From Nemertoderma westbladi (Eukaryota > Animalia > Xenacoelomorpha), in contig JAUCBJ010007795.1 of the NCBI GenBank assembly GCA_032718475.1, forward strand, positions 1 to 35,930: a stretch of DNA of 35,930 bases. The letters are read 5' to 3'. This document shows positions 1-12,578 of the stretch, piece by piece (the first letter of the stretch is position 1; each line of letters starts with the position of its first letter). The notes beneath the pieces were generated by a model, which saw only the letters and a program-made list of their open reading frames with translations, was not told the DNA's origin and did no database searches. The translations under genes were made by a program, and so were the position numbers.

Positions 1-814
1 ATATAGATGTACAATGCAGCATGTGGTGTCAATGGATTATATGAATAATGGCTTATTGGTTGCATCATGATATATACAGAGTGACACCGTGGCTGCGGCA
101 GGTTGTATTTTGGCTGCAATGTAGCCATATGGTCTTTCTAAAACATCCGCATTCTTTTGGCTGCAAAAAGCCTGGTTACTACAGTGGCTGCAATTTAAAT
201 TTTTGGGTCAATTATTATCTCGATATATACATTTTGGAGAATTATATAGATATTTTGCTTAATTATATAGATATTCTTGTATAAATAATGGCTTATTGGC
301 TGCCGCTTATTTTCACAACAATGGCTGCATAAAATCTTGAACTAATGTATGTGCTGCATTAGGTATTACTGTTAGTTGTGAGAGAACTAAGATATGAATA
401 CTGGAGGGTCTACAGTAGATGTGTTGTGTATCCTTATTGTAAGTCCTAACTAAGATTATTTATATCTGGGTTTTCCTGGTCGGGTTATCATTTCCGATCT
501 TAATTATAATAATGATTGAGGGACTGTCATTATTTCTGTCAGTCAAAAACGATAATAATAACATAGTACAGTACACCAGCGACCTGAAATTTTTGCTTCT
601 TGGGAATTTCCTCATCCATTTTCCGATGTCCGTTTTAACGTTTTAAAGAATATTGATTGTTTGCCAATGTTGATCGCTCTGCCTAACAATCAATAATCTA
701 TGTAGAGGCACACCTTCGCCCAATGTAAGATTTTATTATGGGGTTTTTCTTGTAATGGTGATTTAATTTCGATTTTTATTTTTAATCAGTGTTAGTACGG
801 GAACCTTATAAGAA

Positions 815-1920
815 TGCTGACAACATATTTAGACTCAGTTTAGTATTTCACATCATATCCATACTTCTACTGTATTACCTCCTATATTTGACAATATTGA
901 AGATAAACTTTAACTTTATTGTAAGCCTATGAATAGTATGTATCTACAATACTACTGTATCTTGCTATGCTTTATACTATTAACATACAAATAGCTGCAA
1001 TTTTGAATATTCTAGTTGGCCTATTACTGACCATACAATGCAATGTATAAGAAGTAAAATGGCTGCATCGTTCATTAAATTAATAACTTAGTGAAAAGTA
1101 AATTGGCTGCACATTTTCAATATCTTCATTGTTCGTAGTAACTGTAGCTCCCAACATACTGTGGTGTTAGTGTATAAGGAGCATCAGTGATTGATTAGCC
1201 AATGTTCATGGTGAATTTGTCATTAATGTACTGATTCTTGAGTGCGGGGAAACTTCAGAAAAATTATGAAGACATATTTGAACTCAGCCTACTACTGTAT
1301 TTCACTTCAGAAACAATTTCCCTCCTATTAATTTACAACATGTAAAAAAACTTTATAGATTTCACTGTTTCAAAGAACTACGGTACAATATCTAAGTTAT
1401 ATTTCCTGTACCTAGCGTTTCTGATGAAGTTGTCTTTTGGCTGCAAATTCCTAGGCAATTCTATACAATTTAACATACTAATTGCTGCAATCTTAAATAA
1501 ATCACTTGGCCTCTACAATGCAGTGTAAAAGAAGTAAAATGGCTGCACCTTTCATTACATTAATCATTTATTGAATATTAATGTGGCTGCATTTTTATCT
1601 ATATCATCTTTGTAGGTGCGGTATACAAATGGCTTCGATTACTGGATAATTACTTGAGAGCTTACCAGTATACAGATGGTTGCAATACCAACGTAGTAGT
1701 TTTACCGATAATATATATTTTTTGACCTTTTGCATACTCATGAGATCCAAAAATATTACATTTTTTAAAACAGAAAAGATTCCTATGGAGTCATTTCGCT
1801 ATATTGATTACTGCACTAGTGCTGGGAGAAATAGTAACTTTAGCGCCTAACATACAGTACTGTGGTTGTTAGTGTAGGCCTATAGGAATCACCAGTGATT
1901 TGCCAATGTTGAGGTCCAAA
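815..1920. repeat. Diverged local duplication / degenerate repeat
   Basis: 981-1090 resembles 1471-1570 (both contain agaagtaaaatggctgca); 1137-1212 resembles 1833-1915; tggctgc recurs often from position 1 onward. Confidence 0.55.
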
Positions 1921-2717
1921 AATATTATTTTTAATAATATTATTATTAAATAATAATAATTATTAGCGACGAACTGAGCGAGCCACGAACTGAGCGAAGC
2001 CTTAGCATATGGGTGCCATATGTAGTCCGTCAAAAGTTTAGAAAGAATCTGAAGTTTGTTCATAAACTTACATAGCTAACTACTTCAGTACTCTGTATAT
2101 ATTATATATTCTATTATACAACAATGTTTTGTTTGGTTTCATACACTGTGATAAACAGTAAGAGGTGCCGGTAGACATACAGTATAAAATTAAATATATG
2201 GAAAAAGAAATAAACAAAAAACAAGTGGGCCTTCAGTATCTCTCGTATAATTATTGAATAATCATTGTGTCAATGTCAATATAAATCACCCAAATCATGA
2301 TTCCTTTATCTCGCTTCACTTATTATAGATTTTGTGTTGGGGTTCATTATGGTAATAATAATTCATATACATAAAAAGTGTTCTGGAATAAAATTATTTA
2401 CGAGAAAGGCATTTCCTAAAGGAAATGCAACCACGAAGCTAAGGAAAATTAAACAAACGGCCACACTTTAGTTCGTTGCTTAGCCTCGTTTAGTAGCAAT
2501 TGTCAATAATTAACTTCTATTCCCATGGAAACTAGAGTTCTCTGGAACTGTTGCTTTAACCTTTGAAAAAAAATTCAGTACAGATTGTGGTTCAGATAAC
2601 ACATTACTGAGTTTCAGAAAATATTGTAGTTTATGTCCAAATTACCGATTTTCTATCAAAATGCATCTGTTTGCAGTGGTTGTCATGGAAACTGAAAAAT
2701 AGAACAATGTAATTCGG

Positions 2718-4391
2718 ATGCAGAATAAGTCATATAGTGGGGGTAGGTGTTGGTCCCAAGTCATAATACTATGTAGGGTATTGCCTGATAACTTTATAGA
2801 AGTAAAAGTGTCTGAGTCTGTACTCCCAGATATTCCCATTGGCGATATCTCCTTTGCAGAAGTGAAGGCTGCTGCAAAGAGCATTAAGACCAATCGTGCC
2901 AGTGGAGTAGATGGTGTTCCCCCTGAGGTCTTTAAAATACCTGAGTGTTTAAAGCTCATCTATCCCATCATAGTAGACATGTACCGTACAACAAGAGTCC
3001 CACAAGAAATGAAAACAAATAAGTTGGTGCCAGTTCCCAAGAAGGGCAACCTAACACTCTATGGTTCTTTTCGGGGAATCTCATTGATCTCGATTGCTGC
3101 AAAACTATACAATAGAATTCTATTAAATCGCATCAGGGATCCCATTGAGAGACTGCTACGTGGAAATCAGAATGGGTTCCGTAAAGGTCGTGGGACCATG
3201 GAGCCCATTTTGGCACTTAGAAGGATAATTGAAGAGTTATCAAAAAAGAAAGACAGGCATCTGGCTGTTATATTTGTTGACTTCTTCAAGGCCTTTGATT
3301 CAGTCTCTCGCTCACGTATGTTCAGCATACTTTCATTATATGGGATTCCTGATGAAATTATTGCAGCAATCAGATCAGTATACGATGGTTCGACAACATT
3401 TGTGTCTACTGTTGATGGTGACACAGAACCATTTGAAGTGTTATGGGGCGTCCTCCAAGGAGACACACTTGCACCATTCTTGTTCATTATTGTGGTTGAC
3501 TATGTTCTACGCATGTCCTTAGATCATCATAATGATGATGGGGTGATGATAACTCCACCTACTGGCTCCAGAAGTCGAGGAAATCCTGCCAAGTACCTAA
3601 CTGATCTAGACTTTGCTGATGACTTAGGAGTACTCTCAGAATCATTAGAGGGAGCCCAGCGGCTCCTCAGCTCATTAGAACATGCTGCTTCTAGTGTTGG
3701 TCTTTTTATTAACTCCAGAAAGACAAAAATTCTGACAGTTAACTTTGAAAGTCCTCAGCAAGTCTCTGATCGGATGAGCATAAGCTCAAAGGATGGTATG
3801 CTTGAGCATGTGGACGACTTCTGTTACCTGGGATCATGGATCCGGAAGTCAGGTGAGGACCTTCGAATACGTAAGGGAAAGGCATGGGCAGCCTTGAATA
3901 GGCTTTCCAGGATTTGGAAGTCACCTAGAATTAATCGGAAACTTAAGGTCCGATTATTCAGAGCAGCAGTAGTTCCAGTACTCCTCTACGGGAGTCCATG
4001 CTGGGCTCTAACTGCTGAGGACACCAAATCTCTGGATGGCACATTCACAAGAATGCTACGCCGGGTACATTGTGTCAAGTACAATGCACACATCTCCAAC
4101 CAGACACTATATAACATTGGAGGTGTCTCATTGGTTCCCCCAAGCTTGACACTAGAACAAAATCGCCTCCGCTTTGCAGGACATTGCTTTCGCCGTGAGG
4201 ACCAGCCAGTGCATAATCTTGTACTTTGGCAGCCTCATGGAGTGAATAAGCATGGTGGACAGCCCATGACTTTCTTGAGACGCATCTTAAAGGACACTGG
4301 CCTTAAAGATGCGGATGATCTAGCAAATGTCATGGGTGATAGGGAGTTGTGGCGGTGCAATTTTGTTGACAAGCCGGCACAGCATTCTTAA
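2718..4391 (+). CDS. Reverse transcriptase ORF of the RTE LINE (557 aa; the first ~18 codons come from flanking repeat DNA; no endonuclease domain)
   Basis: Uninterrupted ORF with non-LTR RT motifs and an RTE-type C-terminus (RLRFAGHCFR). Confidence 0.8.
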   Translation: MQNKSYSGGRCWSQVIILCRVLPDNFIEVKVSESVLPDIPIGDISFAEVKAAAKSIKTNRASGVDGVPPEVFKIPECLKLIYPIIVDMYRTTRVPQEMKTNKLVPVPKKGNLTLYGSFRGISLISIAAKLYNRILLNRIRDPIERLLRGNQNGFRKGRGTMEPILALRRIIEELSKKKDRHLAVIFVDFFKAFDSVSRSRMFSILSLYGIPDEIIAAIRSVYDGSTTFVSTVDGDTEPFEVLWGVLQGDTLAPFLFIIVVDYVLRMSLDHHNDDGVMITPPTGSRSRGNPAKYLTDLDFADDLGVLSESLEGAQRLLSSLEHAASSVGLFINSRKTKILTVNFESPQQVSDRMSISSKDGMLEHVDDFCYLGSWIRKSGEDLRIRKGKAWAALNRLSRIWKSPRINRKLKVRLFRAAVVPVLLYGSPCWALTAEDTKSLDGTFTRMLRRVHCVKYNAHISNQTLYNIGGVSLVPPSLTLEQNRLRFAGHCFRREDQPVHNLVLWQPHGVNKHGGQPMTFLRRILKDTGLKDADDLANVMGDRELWRCNFVDKPAQHS

Positions 4392-4428
4392 AAATGCAGC
4401 TGCAATGCAGCATGCCGATCCTAGTAGT
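2773..4428 (+). mobile_element. 5'-truncated RTE-clade non-LTR retrotransposon with intact RT region
   Basis: RT motifs QNGFRKGR, FVDFFKAFDSV, GVLQGDTLAP, DFADD; short TAG-repeat tail; 10-bp TSD ataatactat at 2763-2772 and 4429-4438; the empty site is visible in the second Helentron copy (about 5751-5760). Confidence 0.92.
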
Positions 4429-5389
4429 ATAATACTATTAACTTGTGCTTCAAATTATTGTTTTATAAATTTTAACATATGTTTAGTCTTGTTGCTATAG
4501 TAACTGGATTTTCTAAATAACCTCAAACGGCTTGGATATGGATCTTATATAGATGAGTTGCAAAAACCCAAGTTTATATATATTACAGTTTTGCTACAAA
4601 TAGAGTTATCAATATAGATTTGAATGATATAGAGTTTAATAAACTACAGTTACCATGGTAACTAAATTTCTGGAATAATTTAAGTTTCACTAAAAGTTCC
4701 AACTAGTGGTCCAGATAACACATACCCAGTTTTGTAAAATTTTATTGTGAAGTCTATGTCCAAATGAATAAGTTTTGAATAAAAACATCTGTTTTCAGCG
4801 GTTGTCATGGTAACTGAAAAATAGAACAATGTAATTCGGATGCAGAATAAGTTATATAGTGGGGGTAGGGGTTGGTCCCAAGTCATAACACCTTGCCCTT
4901 AGGCCTCAGATTAACATTTTATAAATTTTAACATCTGTTTATCCCGGTTGCCAAGGTAACTGGATTTTCTATTTAGCCTCAATCGGATCTGCTATGGACC
5001 TTATAGTTGTGTTGCGAAACCCCAAGTTTATATATATTATAGTTTTCCTACAAATAGAGTTATAAATATTGACTTGAAATACATAGACTTTTTTTAAAGT
5101 CCGTTGCCATGGAAACCAGATTTTTCCTGGATATGAGACCTGGCCCAAAAGATGCGCCTCGTCGAGTAGTACATACATGCAAAATTTCAGGGTACTTTTA
5201 AAGGCTAGTTTTGGCTGGACTTAAAAAACCCCAAATCTGCCTCACACAAGTAAAACAGCCCACTATGAATAGACCATCTCAGCTAAGGAAAATCTTTCTT
5301 AGCGAAAGTAGTTGATTTTCCTTAGCTTCGTGGATCAAAATGAATCTGTTTGCAGTGGTTGTCATGGAAACCGAAAAATAGAACAATGT

Positions 5390-6664
5390 AACTAGAAAGG
5401 CATTTCCTAAAGGAAATGCAACCACGAAGCTAAGGAAAATTAAACAAACAGCCACAATTTGGTTCGTTGCTTAGCCTAGTTTAGTAGCATTTGCCAATAA
5501 ATAACTTCTATTCCCATGGAAACTAGAGTTCTCTGGAACTGTTGGTTTTACCTTTGAAAAAAGATTCAGTCCAGATTGTTTTTCAGATAACACATCGAGT
5601 TTCAGAAAATATTGTAGTTTATGTCCAAATTACAGATTTTCTATCAAAATGCATCTGTTTGCAGTGGTTGTCATGGAAACTGAAAAATAGAACAATGTAT
5701 TTCGGATGCAGAATAAGCCATATAGTGGGGGTATGTCTTGTTCCCAAGTCATAATACTATTAACTTGTGCTTCAAATTATCATTTTATAAATTTTAACAT
5801 CTGTTTAGACTTGTTGCTATGGTAACTGTATTTTCTAATTAACCTCAAACGGCTTGGATATGGATCTTATATATGAGTTGCAAAACTCCAAGTTTATATA
5901 TATTACATTATTTTGCTACAAATAGAGTATTGAATTTAGACTTGAATGATATAGACTTTAATATACTCCAGTTACCATGGTAACTAGATATTTCTGGAAT
6001 GTTTTGAGTTTCACTAAAAGTTCCAACTAGTGGTCCAGATAACACATACCCAGTTTCATAAAATTTTATCATGAAGTCTATGTCCAAATGAGTAATTTTT
6101 GTATAAAAACATCTGTTTTCAGCGGTTGTCATGGTAACTGCAAAATAGAACAATGAAATTTGGACGCAGAATAAGTTATATAGTGGGGGTAGGGGTTGGT
6201 CCCAAGTCATAACACCTTGTCCTTAGGCTTCAAATTAACATTTTATTAATTTTAACATCTGTTTATCCCGGTTGCCAAGGTAACTGAATTTTATATTTAA
6301 CCTCAATCGGCTCTGCTATGGACCTTATAGTGGTGTTGAGAAACCCCAAGTTTATATCTATTATAGCTTTCCTACAAATAGAGTTATAAATATTGACTTG
6401 AAATACATAGACTTTTTTCTAAGTCCGTTGCCATGGAAACCAGATTTTTCCTGGATATGAGACCCAGCCCAAAAGATGCGCCTCGATGAGTAGTATATAC
6501 ATGCAAAATTTCAGGGTACTTTTAAAGGCTAGTTTTTTCACCTATCAAAAAACCCCAAATCTGCCTCATACAAGTAAAATAGCCCACTATGAATACACCA
6601 TCTCAGCTAAGGAAAATCTTTCTTAGCGAAAGTAGTTGATTTTCCTTAGCTTCGTGGATCAAAA
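5390..6664 (-). mobile_element. Non-autonomous Helentron/HINE-like element, copy 2 (uninterrupted)
   Basis: subTIRs at 5422-5440 and 6639-6657; hairpin 5400-5419; second stem-loop 6605-6651; minus-strand 3' end ...ctttctagtt; internal ~480-bp direct repeat. Confidence 0.72.
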
Positions 6665-6915
6665 TTGATAGCTAACACGTGTTCATAACATTTATAAAAA
6701 AGTAGAAAAGACTTGCTAGTATAAAAAATCAATGTCATGGAAATTACTTTGAAATTTAATTCAACATAACTTTTTATATTAACAACAAAGTGTTATTTTT
6801 TGTCAAACTTGTTAACGACTTTGACAAAAAAAAGTGACTTAAGAACAAATTAACTTTATTGAATTCTGGTTGATTATTTGGTTCTCTTAAGATTGAAAGA
6901 ACTACGGTACAATAC

Positions 6916-7690
6916 CTACTACTATTACTAAGTCGAGCGATCTCGGACAATGGAAATGAGATCCTTCCAGGCTTCCCGATTCTCCATAGTTGTCGCAGTT
7001 TCGTTTCTCCCTAGTTCAGTATCCCTTTAAAGTTGATATATATATGTTATGGCCGGTCGTCCACGACTACGCTTTCCATGAGTTGGTTGCCAGAAAAGTA
7101 GATCTGGTATGACCTCGTCTTTACTTCGCCAGCAGTGCCCACTGAATCTTAATCTGCGTTTACGGAGGGTTGTTGATACGGGTGGTATTGTACCATAAAG
7201 CTCGGTATTTGTCATGTGTTGTCTCCAGCTGATGTTTAGGACTGCCCTTAGTAGTCTTGTGTAGCAACCATCAATTCGTTGTTCAAGTGATTTAGTCAGT
7301 AGTGTCCAGGTCTCACCCCCGTATAAAAATACATTTTCCACTGTTGCTCCAAAGAACTTAGTCTTCAGGTGCCTGAGGAGATCTGATTTCCAGATGGTAT
7401 CCATTTTTGATAGAGCTACCCAAGCCTTTGCTTTCCTAACTTCTATGTCCTTTTTGCTACTCTCTATCCATGATCCTAGGTACTGGAAGTCGTCAACCTT
7501 CCTTTGTTGATTATTATCAAGGGTTGGTAGCATTTATATGCAATCCAACCTCTTTAGCAGCCCTCTCCACTTTATTCAGTAGAAGCTGTGCATCTGCTAG
7601 GGTATTAGAGAGCAAGGCGATGTCATCCGCAAATTCGGTGTCTGTGACTGTAGTTGCCGGATATCTACTACTTCTGGGTCCTTGAAGTTC
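6916..7690 (-). mobile_element. Truncated, degenerate RTE-clade LINE
   Basis: The minus strand encodes DTEFADDIALLS... and, after a deletion/frameshift, DDFQYLGSWI...RRLRFSGHCWR (ORF 7027-7533); TAG-repeat tail at about 6916-6930. Confidence 0.85.
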
Positions 7691-8334
7691 TCAAACTCTG
7701 ACATAATGATAGCAAACATAAATGTAATGTGAAAAAGTTAAAACGGCATTGAAAAATATATTTATTATTTATATAACTTTTGGGGTTCCAGTCTCCGTTA
7801 CTCACCCTACCTATAATACAGTACTTCATATACTGTAACAAGTAATACTGTATGGCATCGATACCTGCAGTATTATACGGTAATGTAATGTATTTGTAAT
7901 GTACAGTACATTAACCCATTTATCATGGAAATGTAATTTTAACTGAAAGTGGTTTTTCTGAACACAATATAGAATGCGAGCAGCATAGGGTGCCATTATA
8001 CATATATTGTATATTTGTAGCCAAAGAACCACAAAAAAAGTTATACATCAAGTATATTATATATATAAGGGATATATATATATATATATGGCGATATATA
8101 TATTCCAATTTTCTTTGAATGATTTAATGTTTATGATCCAAATATGTTTTGGCCTCGTAGAAAATTCCTTTCTCTACGTCTATTAGAAAAATTAGAAAAA
8201 AATATTCAGCTAAATTCGAGAAAATGGAAATTGAATAAAGACATATATGACGATGAGATTTGGCTGCATTATTTAGATATATATATATGTAGAACTAATT
8301 ACTATGGCAGAAATGTACCAGGCCGGTATTGCAG

Positions 8335-9416
8335 GGGTATAACTTTTCGCCGTATCCGTATCCGTCTGTCCGTATGCATTTGCCATATCCGTATGTACAT
8401 ACGCATATGTGCGTATGTAATGGATTCCTATGGAGAATAATCCGTGTGTGATTTTAGAGATTAGGCATTGCGGACCAGTAAGGAGTGCACAACACACATG
8501 CAGACTGAAGACAGGTAGGCCTACTTAAAAGCGATATGATTTAAAGAGTGTGGCTGCCGCTACCTTATGTCAAATAAACAATGTAGGAGAGGTCCAGGAT
8601 GAGTGACAGCTGGTGTCCGCCAGCCCCGGGATGCGCCGGCAGTGCAGTACCTATTAACCAGTTAACTCTTCTTGACGCCGCTTGGAAAACTAACCAAAAC
8701 CAACCGTGATTTATGTTTGAACTGTTTTTCCACCAACCTGATTATAGAATCCAGGCGGCTGCCATGATTGTGTTGTGTTATGTTCTGTTGGTTGCTACAG
8801 TATATGGCACTAACATAGTATAGACTGATAGAAGCAGCAATGAGAATGCTAAGGGAATAAACATTCGCACAGATATTGAAAACCGTCGTGTCAGTTCTTA
8901 ATTTATTAACATATAATATCAGAATATACCTTTATTACTTTCGCCGTTTCGGGGCCAGTATTTAGTTAACCATAGCAGGCCCTATGCAGCTAAGTGCCAA
9001 CAAGACCAACCTAGTGCCAGTTAGTCAAACCACGTGTCAGCGAGTGCAACCGGGTGCCAGTAATTATTCTAAGTCCAACCGGGCGGCCAGGTGTCAGTTA
9101 GTACAATAAAACAAGCGCTGTGGCGCATCCCGGGACTGAAGGACATCATCTGTCACTCATCCTGGACCTACAATGTTTATTTGACAAGAGGTAGCAAGAG
9201 AGCAGCAACACTCTTTAAATCACTTAGCTTTTAGTAGGCCTACCTGTCTTCAGTCTGTATGTATGTGTGTTGTGCACTTCTTACTGGTCCACAATGCCTA
9301 ATCTTTAAAATCATATACGGATGATTATTCTCCATAGGAATCCATTACATACGCACATACGCGTATGTGCATACGGATACGGCAAATGCATACGGATACG
9401 GCGAAAAGTTATACCC
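8335..9416. mobile_element. Non-autonomous foldback/Mutator-like element with ~300-bp TIRs
   Basis: 8335-8645 is the reverse complement of about 9115-9416 (gggtataacttttcgccgtatccgtat...); 10-bp TSD ggtattgcag at 8325-8334 and 9417-9426. Confidence 0.85.
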
Positions 9417-9599
9417 GGTATTGCAGTGCAGACATTTACAAAGGGCACAAATGGCATGTTTACGGTACAGAGCACGGCCTAGAGTAGATCATATTCAGTT
9501 AATTTAAGTTAATTTCCATATTAGCAAGAATGAATTATGACTAATTTAATTTCAATATACGGTAGACGGGTATAATTACTTTGGGGACCGTGGAATATT

Positions 9600-11105
9600 C
9601 TAAAGGGAAAAATTCCGGTTCGAATATGAAGAAGGCGACTGAAATTATTATCAATAGTGAAACCTGTGTACTACACCTCTCAGCTCAACCTCGTAGTTCA
9701 AAAGGCCATGGATGAACTTCCTCAACTTCAAAAAACTTTAAAGAAAGCTCGTCGCATTGGAAAATTCTTTAATAAATCTCACAAGATCCAAATTGAATTA
9801 AAGAAAATTCAATTACAGCATGGCTTTAAGGTGCCACGAGCTCGTAGAGATTGTATTTCTAGGTGGAACTCCGCTTACGAAATGTTTACACGTCTCTTAG
9901 AAATCCGCCAAGATCTTATGTTATTTCATGGTCTAGGAAACGTTTTTACCAAACGAGTGGGCGTACATAGAAGAAACAGTAAAGCTTCTCGGTGCGTTCA
10001 AGCAAGAAACAGTAACAAATCACAGCATTATTACAGAAATGCGGCAGGCAGGATACTCCTATTGCCAACTCGTTTCGTTATAAGCTGCACTCACAATAAA
10101 TTGTCACGTCGTTTAAATGATTTCAGGGAAAAACCACACGAGGCAATGGCACAAATCCTAGATCCCAGAGTGAAAACAAAGTAATTAATGGAAGGTGAGT
10201 CTATAACAACGAAGGCGACACTCATAAGCCGACTTGCTCTAATTCTGTTTACCAGACAATAAAGGAAGCTGAGGTACTCGAACCAAGTCCAAAACGCTCA
10301 AATGTAATGGAAACAGATTTAGCTAATGATATCGACGAGATTCTGATGGATGAACATGATGTGCAAGAAAATGTATGCAGGGAGAACCAGTCACAGGATT
10401 CTGTTCAAATTCAGATTAACAATTATTTGTTGGAACCTAATATCACTGAGGATCCATTATTATACTGGAAAGTGAATGATAGAAAATATGCGCTCCTGGC
10501 TCCATATCTCGAGAAGCCTTAGGGCCACCTCCCTCAAGTATCGAGAGCGAGCGTTTATTTAGTGCTGCGGGGCAAATCTTCACCCCCGTAGATCTCGCGC
10601 GAGTGCTAAAATGGCATCAACATTAATATTAGTTCGATTCAACTTGTGTTTATTAAACTTTAAATATATGAATACAAGTTGACGCCTACTTCTTATACCA
10701 GTAATTCAGGAATGGATAATGAATCTGATGCGGATATCGGATAATGATAGTGACATCAGCAGCATCAGCATTAGTGATGGTAATGATGACTTTGTAGGTT
10801 TTGAATTTGAGTAACCTAAATGTATTTGATATGAAACATTTGAAGTTGAATTATTTTATAAAAATGAATATCTCTGATTACGAACCATTACGAATTACGA
10901 TCCACTTTGACTTTACGCTGTCGGCAACAGCAGTTAGAAATAATTCATATAAAAAAATTGTGGACCTAAGCGCTAAGGTTAAAGTCATAAATCATTAAAA
11001 AGCCGGGAAAATGGTTCCCATATTCAGCTCTGTATTAATATAAAAAACCGGTCTAATATACTGGATGCCGGAAATCCCAAAAAGTCTGATCCCGTTGAAA
11101 CACTA
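9600..11105 (+). mobile_element. Degenerate hAT DNA transposon (3' part; transposase pseudogene)
   Basis: SRWNS motif, ILDPR, and a frameshifted dimerisation domain (DPLLYWK...PPSSIESERLFSAAG); candidate right TIR ...cccgttgaaacacta ending at 11105; left end not found. Confidence 0.8.
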
Positions 11106-12578
11106 GTGCAAACATGTTTGTTATGGGCGAACCGGGACTCCTAAACTCCTAAAAACCTAATCTTTTAACGAAAGTCGTTAATTCCGCAATAAGCCGATTT
11201 TTATTTTCTCGTTATTATTTTAGGTGGCCCATAGTCCCCAGCATAGCGCCAACAATAACGCCAACAAGAGCACGTCACCGATAGGGAGACCAGGTAAATA
11301 GTTATTAATTATCTATGATTTATATTGCATCACGAATAGGGTTCAAACAGGGAAAGCCAAAATTAAATTGAATTAGAATATTAGTTTTAAATAATGCCCA
11401 GCCCAGCCTCCTCCGCATGTGATAAATCCACTAGGATTATTACTAAAAAAAACGCAACCTTTAAAATTACTTATCTTTTATTGAAGTTCGATAATAATCA
11501 ATCATGTAAATCCAACAACTGTACTTTAAGATAATTAAATTAACCGCACGGTGTACACTTTATATTGCACAGTACAATATGGAAAAAGGCCATGAAGAGT
11601 TAAAATTATTTAAAATTAAATTACATCGTTGAAAAGAAATTGTTATGAAAGGTAAGTGTGTCTGCTGATGTAATACATTAAACAATGAGTAACTACAAAA
11701 TATAATACAATAATTAAAATGGGATAACAAGAGCTTATTCCTATAAATGTGTAACAAATTAAATGTTTAATTAATTATTGAAAATATTGAAATTATTTAT
11801 TTAAAAATGATGATTGATTATCTCAGCGAGACATTAGCCAATTGCAATCTAGAACGTGAATCAACCTATATTGCACTAAATTAAATTACACAAAATATTC
11901 AACGTCTGCGAAATGCGTCGATAACGTAATACCGACTAATTATATAACGCCATTTCTTCGTAATGTTTAAACACACATTATATTGCATTCATTTAAAGAA
12001 ACATAAGAGTAATAGCCACACGGCTTATAATTATCTAAAAAAGTGATTAACAATACTGAATGAATAAAATCTATTAAAAAGTTGAACAACTTAAACATAA
12101 ACAAAAAGGTTGCATAGAATAAAAACAGCACTGCTTCGGGCCCAACTATATAGGATATTAAGTATCACTGGAGGCTTATTATTTATACAGACAAACCCGG
12201 ACTATAAGAAATTGTCGAGATACAACTAAACTGCACAGCACATAAAAAATGTAACTGAAAATGATGAGTGAATGTTAAAAAGTAGCTTCGTAATCGACTG
12301 TACAATAATAATTAGTCCCTAGTAATATAAAACTATAATAATGATAATAACACTAAATAAAACACAGATAAATGTGGATTGGTAAGATGATTAGCTCGCT
12401 AATAGCCAATGTTAATGTCCGCGATTCAACTATAAACACTGAGGGATGATTAATACAAGAGGAATTACAACGTTCCATTATTTCTTACCGACATCCAGCA
12501 ATTGAACTTGGCAGTAAACGATATTATTCTCCTTTTGGATCCCCGCGTCCACCCTGGTACCCAACTGAACCAGGCAAT

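Larger units (their letters stand above)
2400..5340 (-). mobile_element. Non-autonomous Helentron/HINE-like element, copy 1 (interrupted by an RTE LINE)
   Basis: 19-bp subterminal inverted repeats ccacgaagctaaggaaaat/attttccttagcttcgtgg, hairpin gcatttcc-taaa-ggaaatgc near one end and an A/T-run at the other. Near-identical to 5390-6664 once the LINE is removed (about 1275 bp each). Confidence 0.7.

Noticed and set aside
1372-6914. Exact 19-mer aaagaactacggtacaata at 1372-1390 and 6896-6914 as the TSD of a large insertion
   Set aside because: No element termini adjoin both copies; more likely remnants of the local degenerate repeat.
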